DNA from: an uncultured Gammaproteobacteria bacterium
GTDB taxonomy: Bacteria; Patescibacteriota; Microgenomatia; PFEM01; DATLAM01
Direction of reading: 5' to 3'
Assembly (NCBI GenBank): GCA_964566925.1
Contig: CAZMIZ010000004.1
Coordinates: 35,951 to 99,950, forward strand
Length of the DNA stretch: 64,000 nt
Part shown: positions 28,685 to 39,290 of the stretch, in pieces
How the letters are laid out: every line of letters begins with the position of its first letter
Position numbering within the stretch: the stretch's first letter is position 1
Position numbers and translations under genes: made by a program
Notes under the pieces: generated by a model
What the model was told of the DNA's origin: nothing
What the model saw: the letters and a program-made list of their open reading frames with translations, nothing else
Database searches by the model: none

Positions 28685-30374
28685 CCAAAACGATCGCCGC
28701 TAATAAGGAAACCAAGTTGGCTAAACTGCGCACCGGCGTGTCGGTAAAGACGACCTCGACCTGATGTTCCCCTTCAGGAACATCCAAACTGATCAGTTTC
28801 AACTTACCTGATTCCTGAATCCCAATCTCTTCTTGATCAAGAAAAGCTTTCCAGCCGGGAAAATTATAAACATTAACTCTCAATTCTCCTTGACCTTTTG
28901 TGGTCAAGATTTTTTGATGAGGAAAGTCTTTAACTACTTCAACTTCTAAATCGCCGGTTAAGGCTTGATAGGCTGTCTTGCCAATTCCCTCCTCGGCGAT
29001 ATCCAGCTGGGTGGTACCAATATCAGATAATCTGGTGGCCACTCCTTTGGGAACAAATTCAAAAGAAAGCCCGCTCACTCGCCATTTCAAATCCTTTTCA
29101 GAAGTATAATCACGATCACCAACTTCAAGATAATCAGCAGGCTGAAAATAGGCCTGATTTGAAAAGATAACCAAAACTAAAGGAACTAAAACCGCTCCCC
29201 ACTGAAGAACTCTTTTCCCTTTAAGCTGCTTAAAAATGAAATTGACGCCTCCACCCACAAGCAGAGAAGAAAAAAAGGCGGCTAAGATCAGAAAACGCCA
29301 GGGAAACTGAAGATACCAAAGAGGCTGAATTCGATCCCAGATTAGCTGGGAACGAAAACTGGTCATGAAGAGGGAAAGAATAAAGAATAAAGAATAAAGA
29401 ATAAAGAATAAGCCAGTCTTTTTTCTTTTCAAAAGTAAATAAGGGCCCAAAATACTTGCTAAGAAGCTTAAAATTAGGTGGAGTTTGCCCACTTCGAAGG
29501 AAATCCCGTCCTCCAAGCCCATGATTGAACCACCATAACCCCAGGGGGAATCCCAAAGCTGGCGCAGGTAAACAAAATGAAGCTTATAGTTGGCCAGCTC
29601 ACCGGTCAAAATGGTATCCACTAAGGTTTCTTTCTTCTCCCAAAGGGCTGGCAACCAAAAATAACAGGTAAGGCCTAAAAACAAGATAAACGACACCGAG
29701 ACTAACCAAACTGCTCTTTTCTTTACTTTCTCAAAGAAAAGAAAGAAGAGAACGAAGGCAAAATAAAAGGGCATCAGGATCAGGGCAATGAAGTTATGGC
29801 TTAAAAGCAGAAGAGATAAAAAAAGACTATTGATTATCAACCATTTAATGTTTTTTCTTTTAATCAGCTTGAAGGTTGACCAAAAAACAGCCGGCAAAAA
29901 AACAAAAGTGTAGAATTCGGCAAAGGCACCCCGGACATAAAGATCTAGGGCGTGATACGGTGCATAAATGTAAAAAGCGGCCGCCCCTAAACCGCCAACT
30001 TTCCCAAAAAATTCTTTGGCCAAAAGATAAATAAAAATCCCGGAAAGGATAAACCCCAACCCCATAACGATTTTAGTCGAAACAATTAAGGAAAAACCAA
30101 GCCAATAAAAAATCTCGCCTAAATAATAAACTAAGGGAGGGTAAAAGTTAAAAAGAGGATAGCCATACCCAAAGCCTAAATTCCCTACCCAGCGAGGTGG
30201 AAACTGACCGCCAGTTAAAGCCTGATCAAGTTCGTAAAGTCGAGCAATCTGCTCATCATCATGCATCGGGAAAAAACCGGGAAGAAGGAGAGGTCTAATC
30301 GCCCAAAAAGATAAAAGGAGAATGGCTAACAGCCACCAATGGTTTTTAATTAGAGCGCTTAATCTATTCTTCAT
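28647..30374 (-). CDS. GT-C membrane protein (PTPS-related family)
   Basis: MHDD..GQFPPRWV..GYGYPLFNFYPP, YVRGAFAE, QFPWRFL and FPGW motifs. Confidence 0.8.
   Translation of the reverse strand: MKNRLSALIKNHWWLLAILLLSFWAIRPLLLPGFFPMHDDEQIARLYELDQALTGGQFPPRWVGNLGFGYGYPLFNFYPPLVYYLGEIFYWLGFSLIVSTKIVMGLGFILSGIFIYLLAKEFFGKVGGLGAAAFYIYAPYHALDLYVRGAFAEFYTFVFLPAVFWSTFKLIKRKNIKWLIINSLFLSLLLLSHNFIALILMPFYFAFVLFFLFFEKVKKRAVWLVSVSFILFLGLTCYFWLPALWEKKETLVDTILTGELANYKLHFVYLRQLWDSPWGYGGSIMGLEDGISFEVGKLHLILSFLASILGPYLLLKRKKTGLFFILYSLFFILSLFMTSFRSQLIWDRIQPLWYLQFPWRFLILAAFFSSLLVGGGVNFIFKQLKGKRVLQWGAVLVPLVLVIFSNQAYFQPADYLEVGDRDYTSEKDLKWRVSGLSFEFVPKGVATRLSDIGTTQLDIAEEGIGKTAYQALTGDLEVEVVKDFPHQKILTTKGQGELRVNVYNFPGWKAFLDQEEIGIQESGKLKLISLDVPEGEHQVEVVFTDTPVRSLANLVSLLAAIVLVGGGLGAKKIFS
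29375..29411. repeat. Perfect heptamer tandem repeat (AAAGAAT)x5 inside a GT-C gene
   Basis: aaagaat x5 plus aa; encodes LFFILYSLFFIL. Confidence 0.95.
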
Positions 30375-31782
30375 TGTTTATCCAGTATAAGCGGCTTTCA
30401 CCTCTTGATTTTACCAGATTTATCCTGCCCTCGTTTTCCATATTTTCAACCGCCTCTCTTAGCTCAACTTCCGAATTAACCAAAAGATGGGTAATTGCCT
30501 GGCCTGGATGGAGATCAACAATCAAATATTCGGGGTTTCCTGACCAAAAAAGCCACCAGCGATCATTTTCCTTTCGCGGCCAAGCGAGGTAGATTTCGTC
30601 TCGGTGAGCCAGGTGAGGCACGAGGTTATTCTGAGCCACCACCGGAGCTTTCTCTTTAATCACCGAGAGAAGTGCTTGATTATTTTTCATCCACTCCTCT
30701 TCTTGCCAAAAATAGGACTTGCTCAATCGATTTAAGGGTAAATGGAGGTAATATTGGAAGAAGAGAGCCGGTAAAATAATCAAGAAAGTCAGATAAAAGA
30801 GTTTTAGTTTACTTTTCAGAAAAACAAGGCCTTCAATTGTTCCCCAAACCAAAAAAGGACCCAAAGAAGCCCGATAGTGCATGAAAAGCCCCCAGGTGCC
30901 CGCGTACTTCTCTCCGGCCAGAAAATGTTGAGCTAAGTCAATCAAGACCGGAATTAAAGTCTGGGGCGCTAAAAGCGGTAAAAAAGAAAACCAGGCTAAA
31001 GAATAAAACCAGGTTTCTAGCTTAACTCTTGGCCAAAACATTCCCTGAAAAAAACCTAATAAGTTTTGAGGCAAGCTGGGTTGATACTCATAGCCAATCG
31101 GTGAAAATAAAGGAATAATGCTTTTTGTCACGAGCAGAAAATAGGTAAAAGAGGCAATAATCATTAATAGCCCCTTCTTCTGTTGCCTTAAAAGCGAGAC
31201 TAAACCCAGGGCCAAGATCATCAATGCCAAGTTCTCTTTCAACCCCACAAATAAAACCGCCGAAAGACTAAATTTCAGCCAATCTTGCTTGTCCCAAAAA
31301 TAAATCAGCCAAGGGGCTAATCCGGCCGCAACCACGCTAGCATGGAAATCAAAATTAAGCGCGTGTTGAAAGCCGAAAAAAGCTAAATAAAGCCCAGTCA
31401 CGAAGAAGCTAGTAAGAACAGGCAGTTTTTTTCTCTTGGCTAAAAGGAAAACCGGATAAGCCGAAAAGGCCAGCCAAAAAGCCTGAAAAAGTAAAAGGGC
31501 GTGGACATCGTTCCAAAGCCAGTAAAGAGGGGCTAATAAAACCAAGGTGGGGGCAAAGTGATCGCCAAAAATATGTTTTCCTTTAAGGGTATTCCAGGGA
31601 ATTTTCAGCTGACTATATTGCCAGATCGTTTGATCAAAGATGCCTAGATCATAAGCAAATGAGTCAAAGCGTTGATGTCGCCTGATAGAAAGCAAACTAT
31701 AAAGAAGGCCAAAAACAACGATTAAAAAAATCAGGAAAACGACCTGCTTGTTCTTGACCAACCTAAAGATTTTCTTTTTCAT
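30364..31782 (-). CDS. DUF2079-family GT-C membrane protein
   Basis: AYDLGIFDQTIW, GDHFAP, FDFH and LKE motifs. Confidence 0.8.
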   Translation of the reverse strand: MKKKIFRLVKNKQVVFLIFLIVVFGLLYSLLSIRRHQRFDSFAYDLGIFDQTIWQYSQLKIPWNTLKGKHIFGDHFAPTLVLLAPLYWLWNDVHALLLFQAFWLAFSAYPVFLLAKRKKLPVLTSFFVTGLYLAFFGFQHALNFDFHASVVAAGLAPWLIYFWDKQDWLKFSLSAVLFVGLKENLALMILALGLVSLLRQQKKGLLMIIASFTYFLLVTKSIIPLFSPIGYEYQPSLPQNLLGFFQGMFWPRVKLETWFYSLAWFSFLPLLAPQTLIPVLIDLAQHFLAGEKYAGTWGLFMHYRASLGPFLVWGTIEGLVFLKSKLKLFYLTFLIILPALFFQYYLHLPLNRLSKSYFWQEEEWMKNNQALLSVIKEKAPVVAQNNLVPHLAHRDEIYLAWPRKENDRWWLFWSGNPEYLIVDLHPGQAITHLLVNSEVELREAVENMENEGRINLVKSRGESRLYWINNEE

Positions 31783-33425
31783 CTCCTTTTGATCATTAGA
31801 CCGAGGATGGCTGTCAAACCAAGAAGAGAAACAAGGTCAGCTAAAAGCCTGATTGGTGTCTCCTTAAAAACCATCACTGCCTGATGAGCCCCGGGTTCAG
31901 CTTTTATTCTCATTACTCCTTTTTGATTCTGATAGTCTAAAGAGGTTTGGACACCATCAATCGTTGCTTTCCAGCCAGGGAAATAATGACTATTGATCTG
32001 GATTTCGGCTTCGGTTTCCGTCTCGAGATCAAAGTTAATCTTCTTAGAATCAAAAACTAGATTTTCAATCGTTCCTCTGCCGGAAACAATTTCCACCTTT
32101 TCTTCGGCCCGAACCAGAGGCGGCTCCTCAACCCAAATTGGCAAATATTCATTGGCAACCGTGGTTGTGCCTTCGTTAGTCACATAATAATCTTCTCCTC
32201 GGTCAACAAAGTATTCCGGGTGAGTGTAACCATAATTTAGGAAAATCAAAAAGATCACACCTATGATCACCACCCAGGCCCTCAAACGAGGTCTAATTAA
32301 GTGGACCAAGGCCCCTATTAAAACTGCCGAAGCAAAGGTGGTTAAACCCAGAAGTCGCCAAGGAAATTGAATTAAATTATAAATTGGCAGAAGACGCCAA
32401 ACCCAAGAAGAAGCCCCTAACATTAAAAAGAAAGAAACAAGAGCAACCAAGAGAAAGCAAAAGGTTTGAAAATTTTTCTTTAAATGTTCTTTTCTTTTAG
32501 CCGCCTTAATTAAACTTAAGCCGAAGATCAGAGCACCGACGAAAAAGACAATTAAATTGATTACCCCCAACTGGAAGGAAAGCGTGTCTTGATCGGAAAG
32601 CGGCAGAGAAGGACCGTATCCCCAGCCAGGAACAATCAGTTGGCGAAGGGTAGGAAAGTGGAGAAAGAAATTGCTGACCGTCGCTTGATCAAAAAAAACA
32701 AATTGTTTGTCATATAAGGCTGGCAGCCAGAAAAAGCAAGAGAGCATCAAACCAAGAAAGAAAATAACCAGTTGCCGCCCAAAAACCTTGGTCTGACGGA
32801 AAAGCAACCAGCGAAAAACAACCCAACCGCCAAAAACTAAACTGAAAAGCATCGCCATCGTATTATGCGAACTAATCAGGCCAGCAAAAGCTATCGCCCC
32901 CAGGGCCAGATAATACTTATTCCATTTTTTAACCAACTTCGTGGCCGACCAGAAAATCAAGGGCGGGAAAATAAAGGCCACCGCTTCTCCTAGCGAACCC
33001 CGAACATAAACATCTAAAAAACGATAAGGAGTGTAAATATAAAGAAGGGCACTCGCCATTCCGGCCCATTCTCCCCAATCCTCCCGAAGCCAAAGATAAA
33101 TAAAGACTCCGGAAAGCACAAAGCTAAGGATAAAAACCAGCTTGATCGCGTTAACAAAGCTGCCCAAAAAAAGATAAAAAAATTCACCGAGATAAAGAGA
33201 AAAGGGATAAAGAAAGTTAAAAACCGGATAGCCATAACCATGATTAAGTCGAGCGGCCCAGCGCACGGGAATTTGCCCAGAAACCAGACTGCGATGAAAA
33301 TCAGAAAGCCGAATGACCATCCATTCCCCATCATGAGAAGGGAAAAAGCCGGGATGAAAAAGACTCCAAACTGCTGGCAGGGAAAGAATAAAGACCGCTA
33401 ACAGGAAAAGTATTTTCTTTTTCAT
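31779..33425 (-). CDS. GT-C membrane protein (PTPS-related family)
   Basis: SHDGEW..GQIPVRWA..GYGYPVFNF, VRGSLGE and QFPWRLL motifs; start at MKKKILF (33425). Confidence 0.8.
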   Translation of the reverse strand: MKKKILFLLAVFILSLPAVWSLFHPGFFPSHDGEWMVIRLSDFHRSLVSGQIPVRWAARLNHGYGYPVFNFLYPFSLYLGEFFYLFLGSFVNAIKLVFILSFVLSGVFIYLWLREDWGEWAGMASALLYIYTPYRFLDVYVRGSLGEAVAFIFPPLIFWSATKLVKKWNKYYLALGAIAFAGLISSHNTMAMLFSLVFGGWVVFRWLLFRQTKVFGRQLVIFFLGLMLSCFFWLPALYDKQFVFFDQATVSNFFLHFPTLRQLIVPGWGYGPSLPLSDQDTLSFQLGVINLIVFFVGALIFGLSLIKAAKRKEHLKKNFQTFCFLLVALVSFFLMLGASSWVWRLLPIYNLIQFPWRLLGLTTFASAVLIGALVHLIRPRLRAWVVIIGVIFLIFLNYGYTHPEYFVDRGEDYYVTNEGTTTVANEYLPIWVEEPPLVRAEEKVEIVSGRGTIENLVFDSKKINFDLETETEAEIQINSHYFPGWKATIDGVQTSLDYQNQKGVMRIKAEPGAHQAVMVFKETPIRLLADLVSLLGLTAILGLMIKRR

Positions 33426-35833
33426 CTTCTCAACCTCCAGAAACTCAATAAACCTAAACCTAGAAGAGTGGCTGAAGTTATTCCAGAGACAATCGTTCCC
33501 CATTTAAATGAGTCTGGTTCATAGCTAAAAATTATTTGATGTTCTCCGGCGGGAACCAAAACCGCCCGAAAAGCATAATTAGCCCGATAAATTTTCTCCT
33601 GCCTGCCGTCCAAATAAGCCTGCCAACCCGGATAAAAGGCGTCAGAAAGAAAAAGCAGGGCATCACCATTATTTTCGGTTTTTATTTCCACTTGGTTCGG
33701 CGTATAAGCAACCATCTCTACTTTGCCCGGATTGCCTTTGACCAATTCTCTACCCGGAATCTCTTCTTCAAGAATAACCATGGCCGCCATATCGAAATCA
33801 GCGGCAAAGATCTTTTCAATTATCTCCTCGTCATCCTTAATCACCAAATAATCATCAACCAGAAAAGCTCGAGGAAGAGTTTCTAGGTTTTCATAAACCT
33901 TCCACTTCTCTTTCTGCCAAATAAGCTGATATCGGTCTTCAGGATATTTCCAGGGCTGAGGATCCCAGGATCCTTTGGCGGCATCATCTTTGTCTAAAAG
34001 ATACTTTATTCCCAAAAGATTAAAAATCTTTCTTCGATTCTCGCTGTCGTCTTTAGGGAAAACCGCATCCGAGCGCAAATATTCGTCAGGAATTTTTCCA
34101 GATTCAATAGCCGCCACCAGCTCAGCGTATCTGCCAATCCGCAGAGTATCATAACCCTCGGCCGCATAAATCTGATAAAAGGTGGCAAAGTTGTTATCGA
34201 AATGGGCTGTTTCCCACCCATAAAACCGATCAGTAACCAAAGATTTGTCTTTTAAGAATTCGATTATCGGATGATTAGGGAAAAAGAATTTTTCAGGCGA
34301 AAAAGGATTATATTTATGAACTCGATAAAAGAGGCTCAAAAAAAGAAAGCCAATGATTAATCCCCCGGCTAAATGGCGAAAATATTTAAATTTTTTAAGA
34401 TAATTCTGACTAAGAAAAAGGCCGCTAATGATCAGGAGTCCGAAAGTGGGGATAACCAAATTCCGTCGGGTAACAGCTAAATTACCAACCATTGAGGAAT
34501 TAGCCGTCAATATTTTAGGAGTCAGGAAGGCAAAACCCCAAAGAGAAAGAAAAATCAAAACGAAAGCAAAGCCTAAAATGCGGATCCTTTGATCTTTCGT
34601 CGCTTTTGTCACTTTTGGCAAAAAATGGTCGAAACCAAAAGCAGAGAGAAAAGAGAGGTTAAAAAATAGGAGGCATAAAATTCTAGCCGGATTGCCAGAC
34701 GAAAGAATCGGCAAATGGGCCACTTTCACTAAAAAGGAAACTGGACTCCTCACCGCTAAAAGAAGGAAAAAGAGGCTTGTCAAATAAAGAAACTTGAAAA
34801 GTTTATCCTTCCTCTTGAAAAAGAGGGGAATCAAGGCAAAAAACAAAGGGATGATTCCCAGAGAAGGAGTGAGATCGCCATAATCCTTTCCCCAGAAATT
34901 ATTGGCGGCCGGATTGCCAAAAAAATCAGGCGCAAAAAAGCTTAACAACTGACGATAAGGAATCAAAAAATAATCAAAGGTCCAGTGGGCAAAGCTTTGA
35001 GACAATGGAGCCTGTTGATAAAGCTCAATCGTGGGCAGAAGCTGAGCCGCCGCCAAAGCAAAACCCAAGCCTAAAAATAAAAGGAAAGAGGCTATCTGCC
35101 GGCCCTTTTTAGCTAAATGCCAAACCCGGAAAAGAAAATAAAGAAGGGCATAGAGGGCCACTAAAACAGCCGTTTGGGGGTAGCCGGCGAAAATGCTTAG
35201 GGCAATCGCTAAAGAAAGGGCCGGGTAAAAATATCTCTTTTTCTCAGCCAAAATTGATTCGATGAAATAAATGATCAAAGGCAGCCAAAGATAAGCATGA
35301 CCGATGATATCAATTTCAATCCACATAATGAAAAAACTTGAAGAGACAAAGGCGAGACTACCGAAAAGGCTGGCTGGTAGAGAAACTTTAAATTTTCGCA
35401 AAAGCAGAAACATAAAGACCATCGCCAGAAAAACTTGGAGAATGGTCAAGGCGGACCAGGCCATTAAAGGGGTTAAAATTAAGTAAAGAAGATTAAAGGG
35501 ATAAAGAATTCCTGACTGGTAGTTGGCTAAAAGCGGGCTGCCGGTAAAATTATAAGGATTCCATAGCGGTGGCTGGCCTCTTTTTATTTGCTCAAAAGCG
35601 AGGCCTTTCCAAGGCAATTGCATTCTGATGGAGTCAGAACCGATAAATTCTTTGTGGGTCGTCCAGGAATCATAACCGGTAAACCCTCCCCCGCTCCAAG
35701 GAAAGAAAAAAGAAACCAAAAGATTGCCTGCGTAGGGATAGAGCCCAAGAAAAACCTTATAAAAAAGGATCAGGGTTATTAAAAAAAGAAGAATGATCGG
35801 AAAAGCTTTCTTGAAGATAGCCAACCACTTCAT
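33422..35833 (-). CDS. YfhO-family GT-C membrane protein
   Basis: PLWNPYNFTGSPLLANYQSGILYP, APDFFGNP and FYPGWQAYLDG..RANYAFRAV motifs. Confidence 0.85.
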   Translation of the reverse strand: MKWLAIFKKAFPIILLFLITLILFYKVFLGLYPYAGNLLVSFFFPWSGGGFTGYDSWTTHKEFIGSDSIRMQLPWKGLAFEQIKRGQPPLWNPYNFTGSPLLANYQSGILYPFNLLYLILTPLMAWSALTILQVFLAMVFMFLLLRKFKVSLPASLFGSLAFVSSSFFIMWIEIDIIGHAYLWLPLIIYFIESILAEKKRYFYPALSLAIALSIFAGYPQTAVLVALYALLYFLFRVWHLAKKGRQIASFLLFLGLGFALAAAQLLPTIELYQQAPLSQSFAHWTFDYFLIPYRQLLSFFAPDFFGNPAANNFWGKDYGDLTPSLGIIPLFFALIPLFFKRKDKLFKFLYLTSLFFLLLAVRSPVSFLVKVAHLPILSSGNPARILCLLFFNLSFLSAFGFDHFLPKVTKATKDQRIRILGFAFVLIFLSLWGFAFLTPKILTANSSMVGNLAVTRRNLVIPTFGLLIISGLFLSQNYLKKFKYFRHLAGGLIIGFLFLSLFYRVHKYNPFSPEKFFFPNHPIIEFLKDKSLVTDRFYGWETAHFDNNFATFYQIYAAEGYDTLRIGRYAELVAAIESGKIPDEYLRSDAVFPKDDSENRRKIFNLLGIKYLLDKDDAAKGSWDPQPWKYPEDRYQLIWQKEKWKVYENLETLPRAFLVDDYLVIKDDEEIIEKIFAADFDMAAMVILEEEIPGRELVKGNPGKVEMVAYTPNQVEIKTENNGDALLFLSDAFYPGWQAYLDGRQEKIYRANYAFRAVLVPAGEHQIIFSYEPDSFKWGTIVSGITSATLLGLGLLSFWRLRR

Positions 35834-35838
35834 GGGAT

Positions 35839-37335
35839 CTAAAGGACGACTTTATAAAAATAAAGAAAAGTCTTTTCGTTTCCCTTGCTGACCCTAAAAA
35901 CCAACTCTAAAGGCCAGTCGGTCGGTATTTCTTGAGTTTCGTTGAAGAGAAAATAGGCCGGCTTTTCTTTCGCTTTTTCTAAAACTTCCTCAGGAAATTT
36001 GTTTACCGGCCAATAACCTTTAATTTCCACATTTGGGTGATCCCAAAGATAAAGCTCTAATGAAGCCGGCATCAATCCAAAAGTGCCCTCGGTGGCAATA
36101 AAAATTGGTTTATCTTCTGCCTCTTCTCTGGCAAAAGTAACCACCTCATTAACTCCAAAGCCGGCCGGCCAGTTATCAATATACTGCCCTTTGTCAGCTT
36201 CAGGAATAGGAGCCGCTGTTGGTTCAAAAAGAAGCTTGAGGTCAGTGTATAGCGGCAGAACAAAAAACAAACTGCAAACAATCAAAAAAGTCTTTCGGTT
36301 TTTAACCTTGATGGCTAATTGTTCCAAAGAAGCCGCTGCCAAAATCAACAGAGGTAGGCTCATAAAAAGAATAAACCGGGGGTAGATGACTTTGCCAAAA
36401 AAGGCTAAACCGACAATGGGAATTAAAAACCAAGAGACTAAAAGAAGCTTTTCCTTTGGTCTCTCTCTAATCAACAGTAATGAGCCAGCGGCCAAAAGAA
36501 CAATCGGCCAGGTCAAATAAGTGGTCAGCCAATCAAATAATCCCTTGAGATTACCCCAGAAAAAAAGTAAAGGGTGATCCAGCCATTCCTTGATCGGAAA
36601 AACGAAAGTGGTGTCTTTCTGGGCAATCATGTGGAACCAGGGGGAAAGTCGGAGGATTGAATAGAAAATTTGAGAAATCACTACGGCCAAAACAGCTAAG
36701 CCTGCCCATCTTAATAACCTGGGCCATCTTTTTTTATTCTGCCAATCAAAAAGGATTAAGGTCAATGGAAAAAGATAGAGATTGAAAAAACCGGAAGTTT
36801 TGGTCAAAACCGCGCCACCTAAAACCCAGCCCAGAATTAAGGCCACATCTAACCGAAGGGTTTTAACCAGTAAAATCTCAAAGAGAAGGGAGAGGATGAA
36901 AAAGGTTCCCACCATCGCATCCATCAAGGCCATCCGATCGTAGAGCAAGTAAAAAGGAATGAACAAATAAAGAAGCAGGGCGAAAAGAGCCAGCCGTCTT
37001 TTTTTGAAGAGATTAAGGCTTAAAAACCAAAGGCCAACCAAGGAAACTAAACCTGTTCCCACCGAAACCAGGCGGCCAGCGATCAGGGGATCTTTAATCA
37101 CTTTCATAAAAATCATGGTCAGCCAAACGAAAAGAGGCTGTTTGCCGTCGGTTAAAGAAATAAAACGCCAAGAAGCGTCATTCTTGGCAATTTGAGCCCA
37201 GCGAAGATAAATCGCCTCATCAACAAAAATGGGAATAAGACTTAAGTTGATCAATCGAAAGAGGAAGAAAATTGCCAAAAGCAACAAACCGACAGCCAGT
37301 TCAACTCTAAATTTCTTAATTAACTTAACGATCAT
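35839..37335 (-). CDS. PMT_2/GT39-like glycosyltransferase
   Basis: FRLINL..PIFVDEAIYLRWAQ..DGKQPLF..AGRLVSV and YDRMALMD motifs. Confidence 0.8.
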   Translation of the reverse strand: MIVKLIKKFRVELAVGLLLLAIFFLFRLINLSLIPIFVDEAIYLRWAQIAKNDASWRFISLTDGKQPLFVWLTMIFMKVIKDPLIAGRLVSVGTGLVSLVGLWFLSLNLFKKRRLALFALLLYLFIPFYLLYDRMALMDAMVGTFFILSLLFEILLVKTLRLDVALILGWVLGGAVLTKTSGFFNLYLFPLTLILFDWQNKKRWPRLLRWAGLAVLAVVISQIFYSILRLSPWFHMIAQKDTTFVFPIKEWLDHPLLFFWGNLKGLFDWLTTYLTWPIVLLAAGSLLLIRERPKEKLLLVSWFLIPIVGLAFFGKVIYPRFILFMSLPLLILAAASLEQLAIKVKNRKTFLIVCSLFFVLPLYTDLKLLFEPTAAPIPEADKGQYIDNWPAGFGVNEVVTFAREEAEDKPIFIATEGTFGLMPASLELYLWDHPNVEIKGYWPVNKFPEEVLEKAKEKPAYFLFNETQEIPTDWPLELVFRVSKGNEKTFLYFYKVVL

Positions 37336-37344
37336 CTAAAGAAA

Positions 37345-38529
37345 TTATACCTCATTTAACTTTTTCTTCCCAATCAGATAGCTGATTAGCCCTAGCCCAA
37401 TCGGAAAAACAGTTAGCCAAAGTTTAATCGTCGGGACCGGCGGATCCCAATTCCCTAAATAAAGGAAAGGTGAATAGCGCAAAAGACTTCCTAGTGAAAA
37501 TCCAATTGTTAACCAAAAAATAAATCTTTCTTTTGCCATCAGAGCTAGAAAGGGCAGAACCCAAAGAAGATACCATGGCTGGAAGCCAATTTGATAAGTG
37601 GTCGCCAAAACCCCTAAAAATAGAAATAAAATACTAAGAGTGATTAATTTTTGGCAGTCAACTTTTTTTACTCTTAACTCTTGCCAGGCTACCAAGCCAA
37701 AAACTGGCAGGAGAACCACGGTGATATATTTAATCCCAGCCGAAAAAAGCCAAGCCAAAAAAGAAAAGAAAGCTTTTCTCTTTAACCACAAATAAAAAGC
37801 CAGTAAAGCAAAAAAGATCATCACCCCATCGTTATGGGCGCTGACTAAACTTTCTATTAACACCAGTGGGCTAAAAGCATAAAAGGCAAGGTTAAACATT
37901 TTTTGTTTAGGCGCAATAACCGCTGAAATTTCCCAAATTAACCAGAGTGTCCCTAAATAAAAACCAGCCATTAAAGTCTTAAAGGCAAGAAGCTGAAGCA
38001 GAAATTTCCCAAAGCCGGCCAGGAAAGGGATGATCGACAGGCCAATCCAGAGCGGAGGATAAATGCTAGGCCGATGCGTCCAATGCATAAAGCGAACCAT
38101 CGGGTCTTCCGGAAAATCAAGGGGTTTCACCTGATATGGGTTCTGCTGATAAAAAGCAACAATTTTAGCATCAAAGATATAATTGAAAACGTCGTGGGAA
38201 AAAGCTGGATAAGCAAAAAAGAGGATGACCATCGTCAAGATAATTAGGGGCCGCAGTTTTCGAGTTGGGAATTTATTTTTCTTAACCAGCCGTAAAATTA
38301 AAAGATAAAAAGAGAAAAGTAAGCCGAGAATCAGCAAATAAATCAAGGTTGAAAGAGGCCGCTGGAAATAACCAAGATACATAAAGGCCTTTTCTAATCT
38401 CTGCCAGACCGAAACTTGAGAAAGGGTAAGATTTAAATCTATTTGGGTAAATGAATAAAGAAAAAGAGAGAAAACAGTTGCCAGCCAGCCGAAAATGATC
38501 AACTTAATTCTCGTGGGCGTTTTGGTCAT
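37345..38529 (-). CDS. Polyprenol-phosphomannose-dependent alpha-mannosyltransferase-like (MptA/GT87-type GT-C)
   Basis: SHDVFNYIFD..NPY...P, SIYPPLW, SAHNDG, IKY and QPWYLLW motifs. Confidence 0.75.
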   Translation of the reverse strand: MTKTPTRIKLIIFGWLATVFSLFLYSFTQIDLNLTLSQVSVWQRLEKAFMYLGYFQRPLSTLIYLLILGLLFSFYLLILRLVKKNKFPTRKLRPLIILTMVILFFAYPAFSHDVFNYIFDAKIVAFYQQNPYQVKPLDFPEDPMVRFMHWTHRPSIYPPLWIGLSIIPFLAGFGKFLLQLLAFKTLMAGFYLGTLWLIWEISAVIAPKQKMFNLAFYAFSPLVLIESLVSAHNDGVMIFFALLAFYLWLKRKAFFSFLAWLFSAGIKYITVVLLPVFGLVAWQELRVKKVDCQKLITLSILFLFLGVLATTYQIGFQPWYLLWVLPFLALMAKERFIFWLTIGFSLGSLLRYSPFLYLGNWDPPVPTIKLWLTVFPIGLGLISYLIGKKKLNEV

Positions 38530-38531
38530 GG

Positions 38532-39290
38532 CTAATCGTAGAGACCCCTTAAATCATTTATTTTAACCCGTAAAATTTCTTTAAACATTTCTTGAGATTC
38601 CCGGAAAAATTTCCTCTCTTTTCCCTCGGCAATATCTTGATCCTGCCACTGAATCGGCACCTCGGCAATTTTATAGCCTTTTTTCTGAGCAATAAACAGG
38701 AGTTCAACATCCCAAGCCCCTACTCGCCAACCCTTGACTTTTTTGCCTTCTTTAAAAATCAACAACTGCTTAAAAAGATCTTTGCCGACCTGGTTGCTGA
38801 AGGCTTTAAAGCCACACTGGGTGTCAGCGATTTCCCGAAGAAGCAAGGTTTGTCTGACCAGACGGAAAGCATTGGAAGCCACTTGCCGAAACAAGGAGTA
38901 GCCGGTTCGCCTCTGCCCTCTAGAGCCAATAACAACCGGAAAGCCTTTTTTGAAGAAGGGTAAAAGTTTTTCGATTTGGTTAATAGGCGTTGATTGATCC
39001 ATATCACTAAATAGAATAATCTTCCCTTTAGCCTCGATCACTCCGGCTTTAACAGCATAAGGTTTACCAGAGTGAGGATTTTTAAAAAGCTTAAATCGCG
39101 GATGATCTTTAATAAAACTCTCAATTATCTTTCGGCTTTTATCAGTCGAGCCGTCATCAGAAATAATTACTTCACTGGAATAACTTTGTTTTTCGAGATA
39201 ACCATCGATGCCTTCAAGAACGCCTCTTTTAAGGTTTTTCTCTTCGTTATAGCAAGGAATAACCACTGATAAAAATATATTTTTTTTCAT
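38532..39290 (-). CDS. Dolichyl/polyprenyl-phosphate beta-glucosyltransferase-like GT2 (Alg5-like)
   Basis: SDDGSTD, GKPYAVKAG, DMDQSTP, DTQCGFK and DVELL motifs; start at MKKNIF (39290). Confidence 0.85.
   Translation of the reverse strand: MKKNIFLSVVIPCYNEEKNLKRGVLEGIDGYLEKQSYSSEVIISDDGSTDKSRKIIESFIKDHPRFKLFKNPHSGKPYAVKAGVIEAKGKIILFSDMDQSTPINQIEKLLPFFKKGFPVVIGSRGQRRTGYSLFRQVASNAFRLVRQTLLLREIADTQCGFKAFSNQVGKDLFKQLLIFKEGKKVKGWRVGAWDVELLFIAQKKGYKIAEVPIQWQDQDIAEGKERKFFRESQEMFKEILRVKINDLRGLYD

Noticed and set aside
8551-39287. A8/T8 homopolymer runs in GT genes as phase-variation tracts
   Set aside because: Runs this short are expected in Lys/Phe-rich, AT-rich genes, and no frameshift is visible.
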